Below are positions 1-10,905 of a stretch of 45,314 nucleotides of DNA, in pieces. The stretch spans positions 1 through 45,314 of the forward strand of contig CAILAH010000063.1 of assembly GCA_903832205.1 (NCBI GenBank), given 5' to 3'. This stretch comes from an uncultured Candidatus Micrarchaeota archaeon (lineage in GTDB: Archaea > Micrarchaeota > Micrarchaeia > CAILAH01). Position 1 is the stretch's first letter. The number at the start of each line of letters is the position of its first letter. The translations under genes and the position numbers were made by a program. The notes under the pieces are model-generated. The model was not told where the DNA came from and did no database searches. It saw nothing but the letters and a program-made list of their open reading frames with translations.

Positions 1-1370
<1,370 letters not shown>

Positions 1371-1446
1371 ATATCAGCAGCTATAATTAAAAATAAAACT
1401 AGCAGGATGAAATGCGAAGAATGAAAATTAAGAAAGAAAAAGGGAA

Positions 1447-2175
1447 TTAAATGTTTGACGGAACCTTGCAGGTATGCGCAGTCTTGTCGCAGTACTGCCC
1501 CGCACCGCATTCCTCATCAACGTTGCAGGAGCCCGCCTTTGCGGCGCACCTGTGCGTCTGCAGGCCGCAGTACTCCCAGGCCCTGCAGTCCTTCTCGTTT
1601 CCGCACAATCCTACCTTCACCTTGCAGCCGTGCAATTTTACGTCACAGTCCTCCCACTCGTTGCAGTCGGTTGCAGCGTTGCACCTGCCCGTAATGACCT
1701 TGCAGTTCTGTGTGGTAATGTCGCAAAGCTCCCATGCATTGCAGTCAAAATCGTTCAGGCATTTGCCCTTGAGCGGCTCGCAGGTGTGCGTGTCATCGCT
1801 GCAGAACTGCCAGTCTCCCTCGCAGTAATCGTTCGAGCTGCAGAACCCCGCCTTCACCTGGCACTGGCCGAGAACGGTGTCGCACTGCTGCCACGCGCTG
1901 CAGTCCGCATCGGTTGCGCAGAACCCTTTCTTGAAAATGCACTTGTGCGATGTCTTATCGCAGTCATACTTTTCAGAGCCGCAATCGGATGCGACGCCGC
2001 AGAATCCCTCGCGCACAACGCAGGTATTCTTGTCGCCGCACTTCTGCCATGCGCTGCAGCCAGCATCGCCGGTGCAAGTCTTGGTGGTGTCCCCGCCCGT
2101 GCATCCCATGAGCAGGATCGCCGCGGCAAACAGCACGAACGCACCAAATGCAAATATCATCTTGTTCTTCACCAT
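1447..2175 (-). CDS. Cys-rich tandem-repeat lipoprotein (8 repeats of about 26 aa, 4 Cys each)
   Basis: Hydrophobic N-terminus with a lipobox-like LLMGC, followed by 8 units of C-x5-C-x2/3-W-x2-C-x6-C-x4-G. Confidence 0.8.
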   Translation of the reverse strand: MVKNKMIFAFGAFVLFAAAILLMGCTGGDTTKTCTGDAGCSAWQKCGDKNTCVVREGFCGVASDCGSEKYDCDKTSHKCIFKKGFCATDADCSAWQQCDTVLGQCQVKAGFCSSNDYCEGDWQFCSDDTHTCEPLKGKCLNDFDCNAWELCDITTQNCKVITGRCNAATDCNEWEDCDVKLHGCKVKVGLCGNEKDCRAWEYCGLQTHRCAAKAGSCNVDEECGAGQYCDKTAHTCKVPSNI

Positions 2176-2239
2176 ATCACTTCACCCGATAAACATCAAA
2201 CCTTTGCAATTCCACATTTCATATACTTTCCCATTTTGC

Positions 2240-3868
2240 CTACTCTTCCATCCATCTCCTGTAGAAGAGATAGAATACCGCCACGGCGAGCACAACGAGC
2301 ACGCCCAGCACTATAATTATCGTGTAATCATCGCCGACCGTGACATCCTGCCTGAACGGCACGTATCCGGTCCTTCGTACCTCAAGCCTGTACTTGCCCT
2401 TTGCGGGGGGAGTAATCTTCACGGAGCCCGTCACATCCGGGAACTTGAGCGTGCCGAACATCACCGTCGCCCTGTCAATGGGCTGGCCGCTCTCATCCGT
2501 AACCTTAACCGTGAACGATGAGCCGAACCCAACAGTGGTGGGCGCCTCAACCTTCATCTTCTTTCCGGTGCCGGTCCTTACTACATCAACGAATGAATAG
2601 GGCGGCAATTCCTCGCCGTCCTGGCTGATTACCCTGCACTCAATCTTGCTGCTGCCCATGGGCACCGCATCAATGGGTATTTTTCCCGTATACGTATTAT
2701 CAGTCTTCACCGCGTCAACCCAGGGGTTGCCCTCAGCCCTCACCTGCACATTGCTTATCTGCGTGTCGGCATAGGGGTCGACAACAACCTCAACTTCTTC
2801 CACGCCCGCCATGTCATCGCCCTTCTCAGGGAAATTAATATTGCACGATGATGTGGACAGCGCCGCCACAGTGCCGTTCTTTGATATGAGATAAATCATG
2901 CTACCCTTCTTTGCAATCTCCGCCTTTGTGGAGAATCCAGAATCATAAACCCATTTCACTTCGCCCTCATGGCTGATGCCGTACATTGAGCCAGAGTCGG
3001 AGAGCGCATAAATCCCGGTTTCCGTAACGACCGGCTGCGCAGCCACCTCGCTCTTTGTGTCCTTGCACCAGTTGGTGCTCCCGTCGCCGTTGAGCGAGCA
3101 TACCTTGCCGCCCACGGTTGTAACAATTATTTCCTGGGTGCTCGCAAACACATCCGCCGCAGTGCTCGTGCCGTCCGCGGTTGATTTCACCCAGAGCAGG
3201 CTCTTTGGCGATTTCGCGGATATCCCATAAATCTTCCCGCCAAAACTCCCCAGTATAACCCTGCTGTCCTGGGCCGCGGGTGATGATTTCCAGAACACGT
3301 CATCATACTTGGCCTGGTCGCTCACCACGCCGTTTGAGCGCGTCACAAGAAGCACGAGGCCATTATCACAGGGGACGAAAAGCTTGTCGCCCAGGCTTGC
3401 GGGCGTAACCTGCACCGAGCACTCCTGCGACTGCTTCCAGGACATTGTATTCGTCTGCGTATTAAGCGCCTGCACTCCCTTTGATGTCGGTATGTAAAGG
3501 TTGGGCGCAATCAGCAGCGGGTTGTTGAGTATCTCACCGCTCGTGTTGAGCGTCTTCAAAATGGATTTCGATGGCTCGTTAACCACGTAAATGCTCCCCT
3601 CTTTTGAGAGCACGATGATTGTTGAGCCCGCCTTCACCGGCCTCAGGAGCGTCCCCTTGAGCTGCAGTGTCCAGATGGTTTTTCCGTCAACGACATCCAG
3701 CTTGTAGAGCGTGTCCATTGTTGTGGCGTAAATATAATTCCCATCAACGATCAGCCCGCCGGTAACATCCTTGCCCAGGTCCGCGGACCACTTCATCCTG
3801 TCCGCAAACGCAAGTGAGGAGAAGAGAAGCAGAACAATAAGCAATGCCTTGCCTGCCCCTTTTAGCAT
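2240..3868 (-). CDS. Membrane-anchored PQQ-like/BamB-like beta-propeller surface protein with C-terminal Ig-like domains
   Basis: Signal peptide; repeated 'lyalD..dG...W' propeller motifs (LYKLDVVDGKTIW, VCSLNGDGSTNW, MYGISHEGEVKW); beta-rich C-terminal region; C-terminal TM helix followed by YRRW. Confidence 0.8.
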   Translation of the reverse strand: MLKGAGKALLIVLLLFSSLAFADRMKWSADLGKDVTGGLIVDGNYIYATTMDTLYKLDVVDGKTIWTLQLKGTLLRPVKAGSTIIVLSKEGSIYVVNEPSKSILKTLNTSGEILNNPLLIAPNLYIPTSKGVQALNTQTNTMSWKQSQECSVQVTPASLGDKLFVPCDNGLVLLVTRSNGVVSDQAKYDDVFWKSSPAAQDSRVILGSFGGKIYGISAKSPKSLLWVKSTADGTSTAADVFASTQEIIVTTVGGKVCSLNGDGSTNWCKDTKSEVAAQPVVTETGIYALSDSGSMYGISHEGEVKWVYDSGFSTKAEIAKKGSMIYLISKNGTVAALSTSSCNINFPEKGDDMAGVEEVEVVVDPYADTQISNVQVRAEGNPWVDAVKTDNTYTGKIPIDAVPMGSSKIECRVISQDGEELPPYSFVDVVRTGTGKKMKVEAPTTVGFGSSFTVKVTDESGQPIDRATVMFGTLKFPDVTGSVKITPPAKGKYRLEVRRTGYVPFRQDVTVGDDYTIIIVLGVLVVLAVAVFYLFYRRWMEE

Positions 3869-3884
3869 TTACAATTCCCCCTGT

Positions 3885-4364
3885 TCACTCCCTGAAGAGC
3901 TTGTCGTGCACGCCCTGATTTATCTCTTCTATGACAGCCTTCGCGCTCTTGCCGTTGCACGTCACGTTCATGCTCACGCACGTGCCGAGCACCTGCAGCG
4001 CGCCGCTTTTCAGCGAGCCGGTGTTGAGCGCGTCGCGCTTCATCTTAACGAGCTTGATAACCTGTTCCATGGAAATGTCCCCTGCGACAGCCTCCCTGTT
4101 TCCCGCGCCCTTCTCAATGCCGATCTCCTTTATGATAAGTGCGCTTGTTGGCGGCGAGCCGACCTCAACATCGAACTCCTTTGTTGAAGTGTCCAGAATC
4201 ACTTTCACCGGGACCTGTATGCCCGTGAACTCCTTGGTCTTCTCGTTTATCGCAGAAATCACTTTCTGGATGTTGATTCCGGTGGGGCCGATTGCCGGGC
4301 CCAGCGGTGGGCCCGCGGATGCCTTGCCGCCTGAAACCAGTGCGTTTATCGTTTGTTTTGCCAT
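3885..4364 (-). CDS. rpl11: 50S ribosomal protein L11 (uL11)
   Basis: GGKASAGPPLGPAIGP, VGSPPTSALI, GTCVSM. Start placed at ATG 4364 (MAKQTINAL), downstream of the spt5 stop. Confidence 0.96.
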   Translation of the reverse strand: MAKQTINALVSGGKASAGPPLGPAIGPTGINIQKVISAINEKTKEFTGIQVPVKVILDTSTKEFDVEVGSPPTSALIIKEIGIEKGAGNREAVAGDISMEQVIKLVKMKRDALNTGSLKSGALQVLGTCVSMNVTCNGKSAKAVIEEINQGVHDKLFRE

Positions 4365-4369
4365 ATAAC

Positions 4370-4816
4370 TCATTCCTCTACTTTTTGGTGAACCTTCAGC
4401 CACGACAGCTTTGTCGTGATTGGAATGGGAACCGTAACCTCGAGCAGCTCAATGGTGACCTCTTCCTTTTCAAGGTCGATCTTCACGACCTTTGCGCGGT
4501 CGCCCTTGAACGGCCCGTTGATTACCTCGACTATGTCTCCCTTGGTGATGCTGAATATCTGCGGCTTGGCCTCAATCATCTTCTTGACCTCTTCCGCGGC
4601 AATCTCGCCCGGGAGCACTCCCTTGATGTTGGGCACCTGGAACGCGGCCCTCTTTGCGTCCGACTCTTCCGCGCCCTCAATAATCACGTATCCCTTGAAG
4701 CCGTCAAGCACAAGTATTGAAGAGATGTTAATCTTCAATTTGCCAACGCGGTTCCTGAGCAGGTCCGCAACTATCCTTTCCTGCCCCGCAGTGACGCGCA
4801 ATGCATAGTAACCCAT
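4370..4816 (-). CDS. spt5: Transcription elongation factor Spt5/NusG
   Basis: NGN domain (YALRVTAGQE, KGYVIIE) and KOW motif (GDIVEVINGPFKG); conserved secE-spt5-rpl11 order. Confidence 0.96.
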   Translation of the reverse strand: MGYYALRVTAGQERIVADLLRNRVGKLKINISSILVLDGFKGYVIIEGAEESDAKRAAFQVPNIKGVLPGEIAAEEVKKMIEAKPQIFSITKGDIVEVINGPFKGDRAKVVKIDLEKEEVTIELLEVTVPIPITTKLSWLKVHQKVEE

Positions 4817-4821
4817 AGCAA

Positions 4822-5013
4822 CTACCTTCCACCCATGAGGCCGAACAAAAGGCTTATGATAAAGCCAATCATGCCTATTGCAACCGCGGCCATCATGACG
4901 ACCCTGAACATCCTGTTGAACTCTGCCGTATCAGGCTTTTTAGCAACAGTCATGACCCTTCGCGACTGGTTTATGAAATCCAAGAGGAAAAACCCCATAC
5001 CATATACACCCAT
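4822..5013 (-). CDS. secE: Protein translocase subunit SecE/Sec61-gamma
   Basis: RRVMTVAKKPDTAEF followed by a TM helix (AIGMIGFII); lies between ftsZ and spt5. Start uncertain. Confidence 0.9.
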   Translation of the reverse strand: MGVYGMGFFLLDFINQSRRVMTVAKKPDTAEFNRMFRVVMMAAVAIGMIGFIISLLFGLMGGR

Positions 5014-5028
5014 GAATTTTTTTATTTC

Positions 5029-6288
5029 CTATATGACGTCGAGCTCAATTTCCATATTGCTGAGCTTCTCCTGCTCGAGCTTGTACTCGGGGAACTCGGC
5101 GCCCGCCAGGACCACCAGCACGTGGATGGTGTTCCTCGGCATCTCCTCGTCAACGCGCGCGCCCCAGATTATGTGCGAGTCCTTGGCAATCTTCGCCGAG
5201 ACCTCGGTGACCATAAGCTCCGCCTCGCGGAGCGTCATGTCCGCGCCGCCCGTCACGTTGATGAGCGCCCTGCTCGAGCCGACTATGTCCGCATCAAGCA
5301 GCGGCGAGTTCAGCGCCGCCTCAATTGCCATCCTTGCCCTCTCATTTGGCTTCGAGTCCGATGCCGACTCGCCGGTTCCTATGACCGCATAGCCGCCGTT
5401 CAGCAGGATGGTCTTCAGGTCCGCGAAGTCAAGGTTAACCAGGCCCGCCTTTGTGATGAGCTCAATAATGCCCTTTGAAGCGCCCGCGAGCACCTCATCC
5501 GAAATCCTGAACGCCGTGTTCAGCGGCAGGTCGGGCGCTATGGTGAGCAGCTTGTCATTCGTGATTATGATGGTCGTGTCCGCCTTCTTGCGCAGCTTTG
5601 CGAGCCCTTCGAGCGCGTTCTTCCTCCTCTGCCTTCCCTCCGAGAAGAATGGCAGCGTGACGACGCCTATGGTGAGCGCGCCCCCGTTCTTTGCGACCTC
5701 CGCAATGACGTGCGCCGAGCCTGTGCCCGTGCCGCCGCCCATGCCGCAGGTTATGAATACCATTGCCGCGCCCTCAATCGCCTTCTCAATCTCTTTTATG
5801 CTCTCCTTTGCGGCACTCTCGCCAATCTCGGGGTTGCTTCCCGCACCCATCCCCTTGGTGAGCTTTTTGCCCAGGAGCACTTTCTTGTCCGCCTTCACCT
5901 TGAGCAGGTGCTGCACGTCCGTATTGGCCGCAATAAGCTCGGCACCCTTGATTCCCATCTGTGAAAGCCTGTTAATGGTATTGCATCCGCTGCCTCCCGC
6001 CCCAATCACGCATATCTTGGGCATGCTTTCCTGCAGGAAATCCAGCAGCTCCCTGTCATCGCTTTTCTCAATGGGGAGGCTGGCGGCAATATTTTCCAGG
6101 TGTGCAGAATCCTCGCGTGATTCTGGCACGTTAAAAGGTGCATTTTCCGTGGAAAATGACTTGTCAGATGTGCTGAAACCTTGGGTTTCTGACGTATCAA
6201 AATCCTCTCGGGATTTTGTATAACCCTTCAAGTTTTGCACAACCCTTGGTTTTTGCGCGTCGCCATCCTTCTGGGGTGCATCAGACAT
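5029..6288 (-). CDS. ftsZ: Cell division protein FtsZ with a long acidic N-terminal extension
   Basis: VIGAGGSGCNTINRL, NTDVQHL, tubulin signature GMGGGTGTG, GLVNLDFAD; SD-like GAGGTAGG upstream. Confidence 0.97.
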   Translation of the reverse strand: MSDAPQKDGDAQKPRVVQNLKGYTKSREDFDTSETQGFSTSDKSFSTENAPFNVPESREDSAHLENIAASLPIEKSDDRELLDFLQESMPKICVIGAGGSGCNTINRLSQMGIKGAELIAANTDVQHLLKVKADKKVLLGKKLTKGMGAGSNPEIGESAAKESIKEIEKAIEGAAMVFITCGMGGGTGTGSAHVIAEVAKNGGALTIGVVTLPFFSEGRQRRKNALEGLAKLRKKADTTIIITNDKLLTIAPDLPLNTAFRISDEVLAGASKGIIELITKAGLVNLDFADLKTILLNGGYAVIGTGESASDSKPNERARMAIEAALNSPLLDADIVGSSRALINVTGGADMTLREAELMVTEVSAKIAKDSHIIWGARVDEEMPRNTIHVLVVLAGAEFPEYKLEQEKLSNMEIELDVI

Positions 6289-6332
6289 TAAACCTACCTC
6301 GCTTTAGACGTAAGAGATTAAACCTATCAACA

Positions 6333-6340
6333 TTTTTAAA
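6333..6340. promoter_or_regulatory. TATA-like core between divergent ftsZ and R15P isomerase genes
   Basis: TTTTTAAA about 24 bp upstream of ATG 6364, in a 75-bp divergent spacer. Confidence 0.5.
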
Positions 6341-6363
6341 CTTATAGATTAAACTATCTTCTT

Positions 6364-7266
6364 ATGGATAAGACGGCGCAGCGCATCGTGCGTGACATAA
6401 AATCCCTCAAGATTCAGGGCGCGCGCAATATCGCCAGGGCGGCCGTCGATGCCCTCGCGGCCGAATCATTCTCATTCAGGGGCTCAAGCCGCAACGCCTA
6501 TTTATCCGCGCTTCTCGTCGCAGCGGACGAGCTCGCAGCGGCGCGCGCCACGGAGCCGATGCTCCGCAACTACCTGCGCTACATCCTTAACTACGTGCAG
6601 AGGGATGAGGGCGCATCGGTGGGCGAGCTCAAGTCACTTGTCGCATCACTCCAGAAAAGCATCTACAGGGACATGGAAAAATCCAAGACGGCCATCGTCG
6701 AGTACGGCGCATCGCTCCTGCGCAGCGGCCACACCTACATGACGCACTGCCACAGCTCAACCGTCACGGGCATATTCACGGAGGCATTTGACGACGGGAA
6801 GGATTTCTCGGTTATTGCGTGCGAGACCCGCCCCCTCTATCAGGGCGTGAGGACCGCAAAGGAGCTCGCATCCCACGGCATACCCACAACGCTCATCGTT
6901 GACAGCGCGGCCCACTCATTCATCCGCCACTGCGATGCGGTATTTGTGGGCGCGGATGCAGTCACCGCATCGGGCAATTTAGTAAACAAGATTGGCACTT
7001 CGGGGATTGCGCATTTCGCGCACTCATTTGAAATCCCGTTCTACTCGGCAGCGGAGATGCACAAGTTCGACTACCTCACCAAGTGGGGCATGCTCGAGCC
7101 GATTGAGCAGCGCTCGCCAGATGAGATTCTCAAGGAATCAAAAAAGATGAAAAACCTCAAGATTGCAAACCCGGCGTTTGATGTCACGCCTGCGGATTAC
7201 ATCACGGCCTACATCACCGAGAAAGGCATAATCCCCCCGCAATCAATAATGCTGCTGGCCAAATAA
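6364..7266 (+). CDS. Ribose-1,5-bisphosphate isomerase (eIF-2B alpha/beta/delta family)
   Basis: IKSLKIQGARNIA, RATEPMLRN, MTHCHSSTV, ETRPLYQG, VGADAV, NKIGT, NPAFDVTP; adjacent to AMP phosphorylase. Confidence 0.9.
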   Translation: MDKTAQRIVRDIKSLKIQGARNIARAAVDALAAESFSFRGSSRNAYLSALLVAADELAAARATEPMLRNYLRYILNYVQRDEGASVGELKSLVASLQKSIYRDMEKSKTAIVEYGASLLRSGHTYMTHCHSSTVTGIFTEAFDDGKDFSVIACETRPLYQGVRTAKELASHGIPTTLIVDSAAHSFIRHCDAVFVGADAVTASGNLVNKIGTSGIAHFAHSFEIPFYSAAEMHKFDYLTKWGMLEPIEQRSPDEILKESKKMKNLKIANPAFDVTPADYITAYITEKGIIPPQSIMLLAK

Positions 7267-7383
7267 GGAAATAGACGCCGTGGATGGGCCAGCACAAACG
7301 GGAATGGATGGGCGAAATAGAAATAGGAATAAGATATGTTGCGTGCAACATAGGATGGTAATGCAAGGGGCATCTCTGCCCAA

Positions 7384-8946
7384 TTGATGATTCATATGAA
7401 CACAAAAAGGGAACACGTGAAAGTGGAGTACAAGGTCAAGGTATTCGACATAGGGGCGGGCATGCCCATCATCGTCCTCAACGAGACCGAGGCAAAGCAG
7501 CGCGACCTTTTCGTCGGGGACCGCGTTGAGATGGAATTCAAGGGGAAGAAAACCTCCGCAATAGTAGACACCTCGCCAACAATGGTTCGTGAAGGCGAGG
7601 TGGGCGTATTCATTGAGATTGTTGATGCGCTCAAGTGCGGCCCGGGAGACAGGCTATTCATCGTGCCCCTGGGCAAGCCCGCATCCATCGACCACATTAA
7701 GAAAAAGCTTGACGGCGGCGAGCTGCGCCCCGAAGAAATCGATGAGATAATCCAGGACCTAATGGGCAACAAGCTCAGCGAGGCGGAGCTTGCGGTATTC
7801 GTCGCGGCGGTCTATGCAAAAGGCCTCAACGCCGAGGAGACGGTGGGCCTCACAAACGCGGTGATGCGCTCGGGCGACACGCTCGAGCTGGATGTCGCGC
7901 CACTGGTTGACAAGCACTGCGTTGGCGGTGTCGCGGGCAACAGGACCACCATGGTGGTCGTCCCAATCATGGCGGCAGCGGGCGCATACATGCCCAAGAC
8001 ATCATCGCGCGCAATCACATCTGCGGCAGGCACCGCGGACACAATGGAAACGCTCTGCAACGTCAACTTCAGCAAGGAAGAGATAAGGGACATGGTGGTC
8101 AAGACGCACGGCTGCATAGTATGGGGCGGCGGCGCGCACCTTGCGCCCGCGGATGACAAGCTTATCCGCATCCGCTACCCGTTCAGGCTGGACCCGCGCG
8201 GCATGCTGCTCGCGAGCATCATGGCAAAGAAGAAAGCGGTCGGCTCAAAATTCCTCGTGATTGACATTCCAATCGGAAGGAGCACAAAGCTGGAGGACCC
8301 GACAAAGGCGAAAGACCTCGCAAAGGATTTCATTGACATCGGCAACAGGCTCGATATCAAGACACAGGTATTCCTGACCGACGGCAGCGACCCCATAGGC
8401 TATGGCGTGGGCCCGGCGCTTGAGTGCAAGGACGTCTTTGAGGTGCTCCAGGGCGCGGGACCGCAGGACCTCTTCAACAAGAGCTGCCTGCTTGCAGGCT
8501 CGCTGCTTGAGATGAGCGCCATTGCACCCAAAGGCGAGGGCTACAGCATGGCCGTGGGCATAATCAAATCAGGGAAGGCGTTCGATAAACTGCGCGAGAT
8601 TGTGGAGGCCCAGGGCGGCTCGCGCAACCTGCGCATTGATGACCTGCCCGTTGGCAAGTACAAGGCTGAGATTTATGCAGAGGCGGACGGCCGCGTGGAT
8701 TTCGTAAGCAACACAAAGGTCTCAAGGATAGCGCGTGCGGCTGGCGCGCCAAAGGTAAAGGGCGCTGGCATCGTGCTAAAGGTCGAGCATGGCGACCGCA
8801 TCCGCAAGGGCGAGGTGGTCATGGAGCTCTATTCCGATTCCGAGGCCTCGCTGGATTACGCCCTCAAGGTTGCTGCGGAAGTCAAGCCAATCGAGCTCCA
8901 GAAAATCGTCCTTGGCGAATATGACAAGAACTCCGGCAACCTCTAA
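7384..8946 (+). CDS. deoA: AMP phosphorylase (archaeal thymidine phosphorylase family)
   Basis: N-terminal extra domain plus DKHCVGGVAGNRTT, PKTSSRAITSAAGTAD, LAPADD, SIMAKK, GVGPALE, ARAAGAP. The exact start is uncertain (ATG 7387 or 7396). Confidence 0.93.
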   Translation: MMIHMNTKREHVKVEYKVKVFDIGAGMPIIVLNETEAKQRDLFVGDRVEMEFKGKKTSAIVDTSPTMVREGEVGVFIEIVDALKCGPGDRLFIVPLGKPASIDHIKKKLDGGELRPEEIDEIIQDLMGNKLSEAELAVFVAAVYAKGLNAEETVGLTNAVMRSGDTLELDVAPLVDKHCVGGVAGNRTTMVVVPIMAAAGAYMPKTSSRAITSAAGTADTMETLCNVNFSKEEIRDMVVKTHGCIVWGGGAHLAPADDKLIRIRYPFRLDPRGMLLASIMAKKKAVGSKFLVIDIPIGRSTKLEDPTKAKDLAKDFIDIGNRLDIKTQVFLTDGSDPIGYGVGPALECKDVFEVLQGAGPQDLFNKSCLLAGSLLEMSAIAPKGEGYSMAVGIIKSGKAFDKLREIVEAQGGSRNLRIDDLPVGKYKAEIYAEADGRVDFVSNTKVSRIARAAGAPKVKGAGIVLKVEHGDRIRKGEVVMELYSDSEASLDYALKVAAEVKPIELQKIVLGEYDKNSGNL

Positions 8947-9062
8947 TTGCATACGGCCATCAAATTTTCTTGCTTGCCCAAGCCCAATGGCATACCCACT
9001 TCAAATTCTTTTTGCTTTGCCCGCACTCGCTTTTATCCATATGGCTTCTCAGATTATTACGA

Positions 9063-10733
9063 ATGGTAAATCTGCAGCCTAAGCTTCTCAGCGATGCAAG
9101 GATGGCTGAACTGGCCAGGGACCTTAAATGCGCTGGCCTCAAGCCAGATGCCAATACCTATGCCAACTATGCAATCATAGCCTCCCTGTTGGCCGCAGCC
9201 CTGCTGGGCTGGCTTCTCATGGGCATGGTAAGCGATGCAATATTCCTGCCCCTCCTTTTTCTGCTGCTCTTTGTTGTGGCGTTCGTCATTTCCCTGCGCG
9301 TCCCAAAAATGGCCGCAAGGAACCGCGCACTAAAGATAGAGGCGGACCTTCCAATCCAGCTGCGCGCACTCTCAACAGAGCTTGCGATAGGCGTCTCATT
9401 TGAGAGCGCCCTGGAATCGGCGGCATCCTTTGGCGATTCCACGCGGCCCATCTTCCGCGGCATCCTAAGCGACCTGAAGAATGGCGTGAGCCCGCCGGAT
9501 GCGATGAACCGCGCCCGCACGCAGGCCGATTCGCGCATGCTGGACAAGGCCCTCTCCCATCTCACATTCCTCTACTCCTATGGGTATGAGGGCAGCGGAT
9601 TGAGCAAGCTTGTGGACGAAATCAGCTCCGAGCACAGGTCGCGCATAAAGGAGTTCGCATCACGCAGCTCCGTATTGGGCGTCATCCTAATCGCGCTCAC
9701 CTCCGTTATCCCGGCGCTCGCAACCACCTACATTCTTGTGGGCTCCTCATTCATGGACATCTCGCTGACACCGGGCTCGGTATATATATTATACATATTC
9801 CTCCTCCCTCTGCTCACACTCTCTTTGCTGCTCGCAATCCGTTTCCTCTCCCCACCAGTTTCAAAGCGGGGTGCGGACTTCCTCTCAAAAGATGAGCTGA
9901 CCAAGTTCACGGTCTTCCTTGGCAGGCACGGGATACAAATGCAGGCATCAAGATTCCTGCTCTACCTTGTCTTCGGCTCACTGCTCATCTCCATGCTCCT
10001 CTTCTTTGCCACATCATCCCCATTCTCATTCCTGTCCCTGCTCATCCCATTCCTGGTTTACGGCGTCTTCCTCTACCTGGACGACCTGCGCATCTCATCC
10101 ATGGAGGACTACATGCCCGATGCGCTCTTTTATGCGGCCTCGCTCCACAGCTTTGGCATGGAGAAGGCCATCAGCGAAATCTCAAACGCAAACTACGGCG
10201 AATTATCCAAGGAGTTCAAGCGCGCGGACAGGCAGGTTAACGCAGGGTTCTCGGTCCGCGTGGCGCTCCTGTCCATAATAGGCCGCAACAAATCCCCGAT
10301 AATAGAGCGCGGCATCTCCTTACTAATTAAAATCCAGGAGGTCGGCGCCTCCCTGGAAAAGGCGCTCAAGAGCACCGCGGAGGACATTCATGACATGTTC
10401 CTGCTTCTCCGCGAGCGTGAGACCATACTCTCGATGCAGAAGTACAACCTGATGCTTGCCTGCGTGCTTGTGCCCGCAATTTTCGGCGCTGTGCTCTCAC
10501 TTGTCTCCTCCCTTGACCTCTCTTATATAGAGACGCTCCTCGCCACTGCCTCTTCCCGCGGCCTGCTCCCAGTGGTGGAGTTCGCTATAAATATTTACTT
10601 GGTTGAATTCTCATTGCTTGCCAGCTTGTTCCTTGCGGATTACAGCGGCTCGTGGAAGCGTTTTGCCGTCTATCTGGTGTTTGTGCTTCCGACGGTATTC
10701 GGTGTTTTCTATGCGGCCCGCTTACTCCTGTGA
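9063..10733 (+). CDS. Type II secretion system F-domain membrane protein (TadB/TadC-like pilus platform, two F domains)
   Basis: Two repeats of TM helices followed by an F-like domain (IEADLPIQLRALSTELAIGVSFESAL; MEDYMPDALFYAAS...YGELSKEF). Start placed at ATG 9063. Confidence 0.82.
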   Translation: MVNLQPKLLSDARMAELARDLKCAGLKPDANTYANYAIIASLLAAALLGWLLMGMVSDAIFLPLLFLLLFVVAFVISLRVPKMAARNRALKIEADLPIQLRALSTELAIGVSFESALESAASFGDSTRPIFRGILSDLKNGVSPPDAMNRARTQADSRMLDKALSHLTFLYSYGYEGSGLSKLVDEISSEHRSRIKEFASRSSVLGVILIALTSVIPALATTYILVGSSFMDISLTPGSVYILYIFLLPLLTLSLLLAIRFLSPPVSKRGADFLSKDELTKFTVFLGRHGIQMQASRFLLYLVFGSLLISMLLFFATSSPFSFLSLLIPFLVYGVFLYLDDLRISSMEDYMPDALFYAASLHSFGMEKAISEISNANYGELSKEFKRADRQVNAGFSVRVALLSIIGRNKSPIIERGISLLIKIQEVGASLEKALKSTAEDIHDMFLLLRERETILSMQKYNLMLACVLVPAIFGAVLSLVSSLDLSYIETLLATASSRGLLPVVEFAINIYLVEFSLLASLFLADYSGSWKRFAVYLVFVLPTVFGVFYAARLLL

Positions 10734-10816
10734 TTACGGCATTTGCGACATCAATAACCGCAATTGCCGTAATATAAACTGGAATATATATACCAAAATG
10801 AACAATACGGGTCTAG

Positions 10817-10901
10817 TTTTATAAATCTTCCCCGACAATCAGAATACTATCGGAGTGAGGCTAAGCCATAGCTTTCTCCAAGCCCCAAAAAATTGAGGTG
10901 A
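10817..10901 (+). promoter_or_regulatory. S-layer gene promoter and leader: TATA box, 5'-UTR hairpin and strong SD
   Basis: TTTTATAAAT at 10817-10826; imperfect hairpin GGAGTGAGGCTA-agcca-TAGCTTTCTCC at 10852-10879; GAGGTGA at 10895-10901. Confidence 0.65.
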
Positions 10902-10905
10902 ATTG

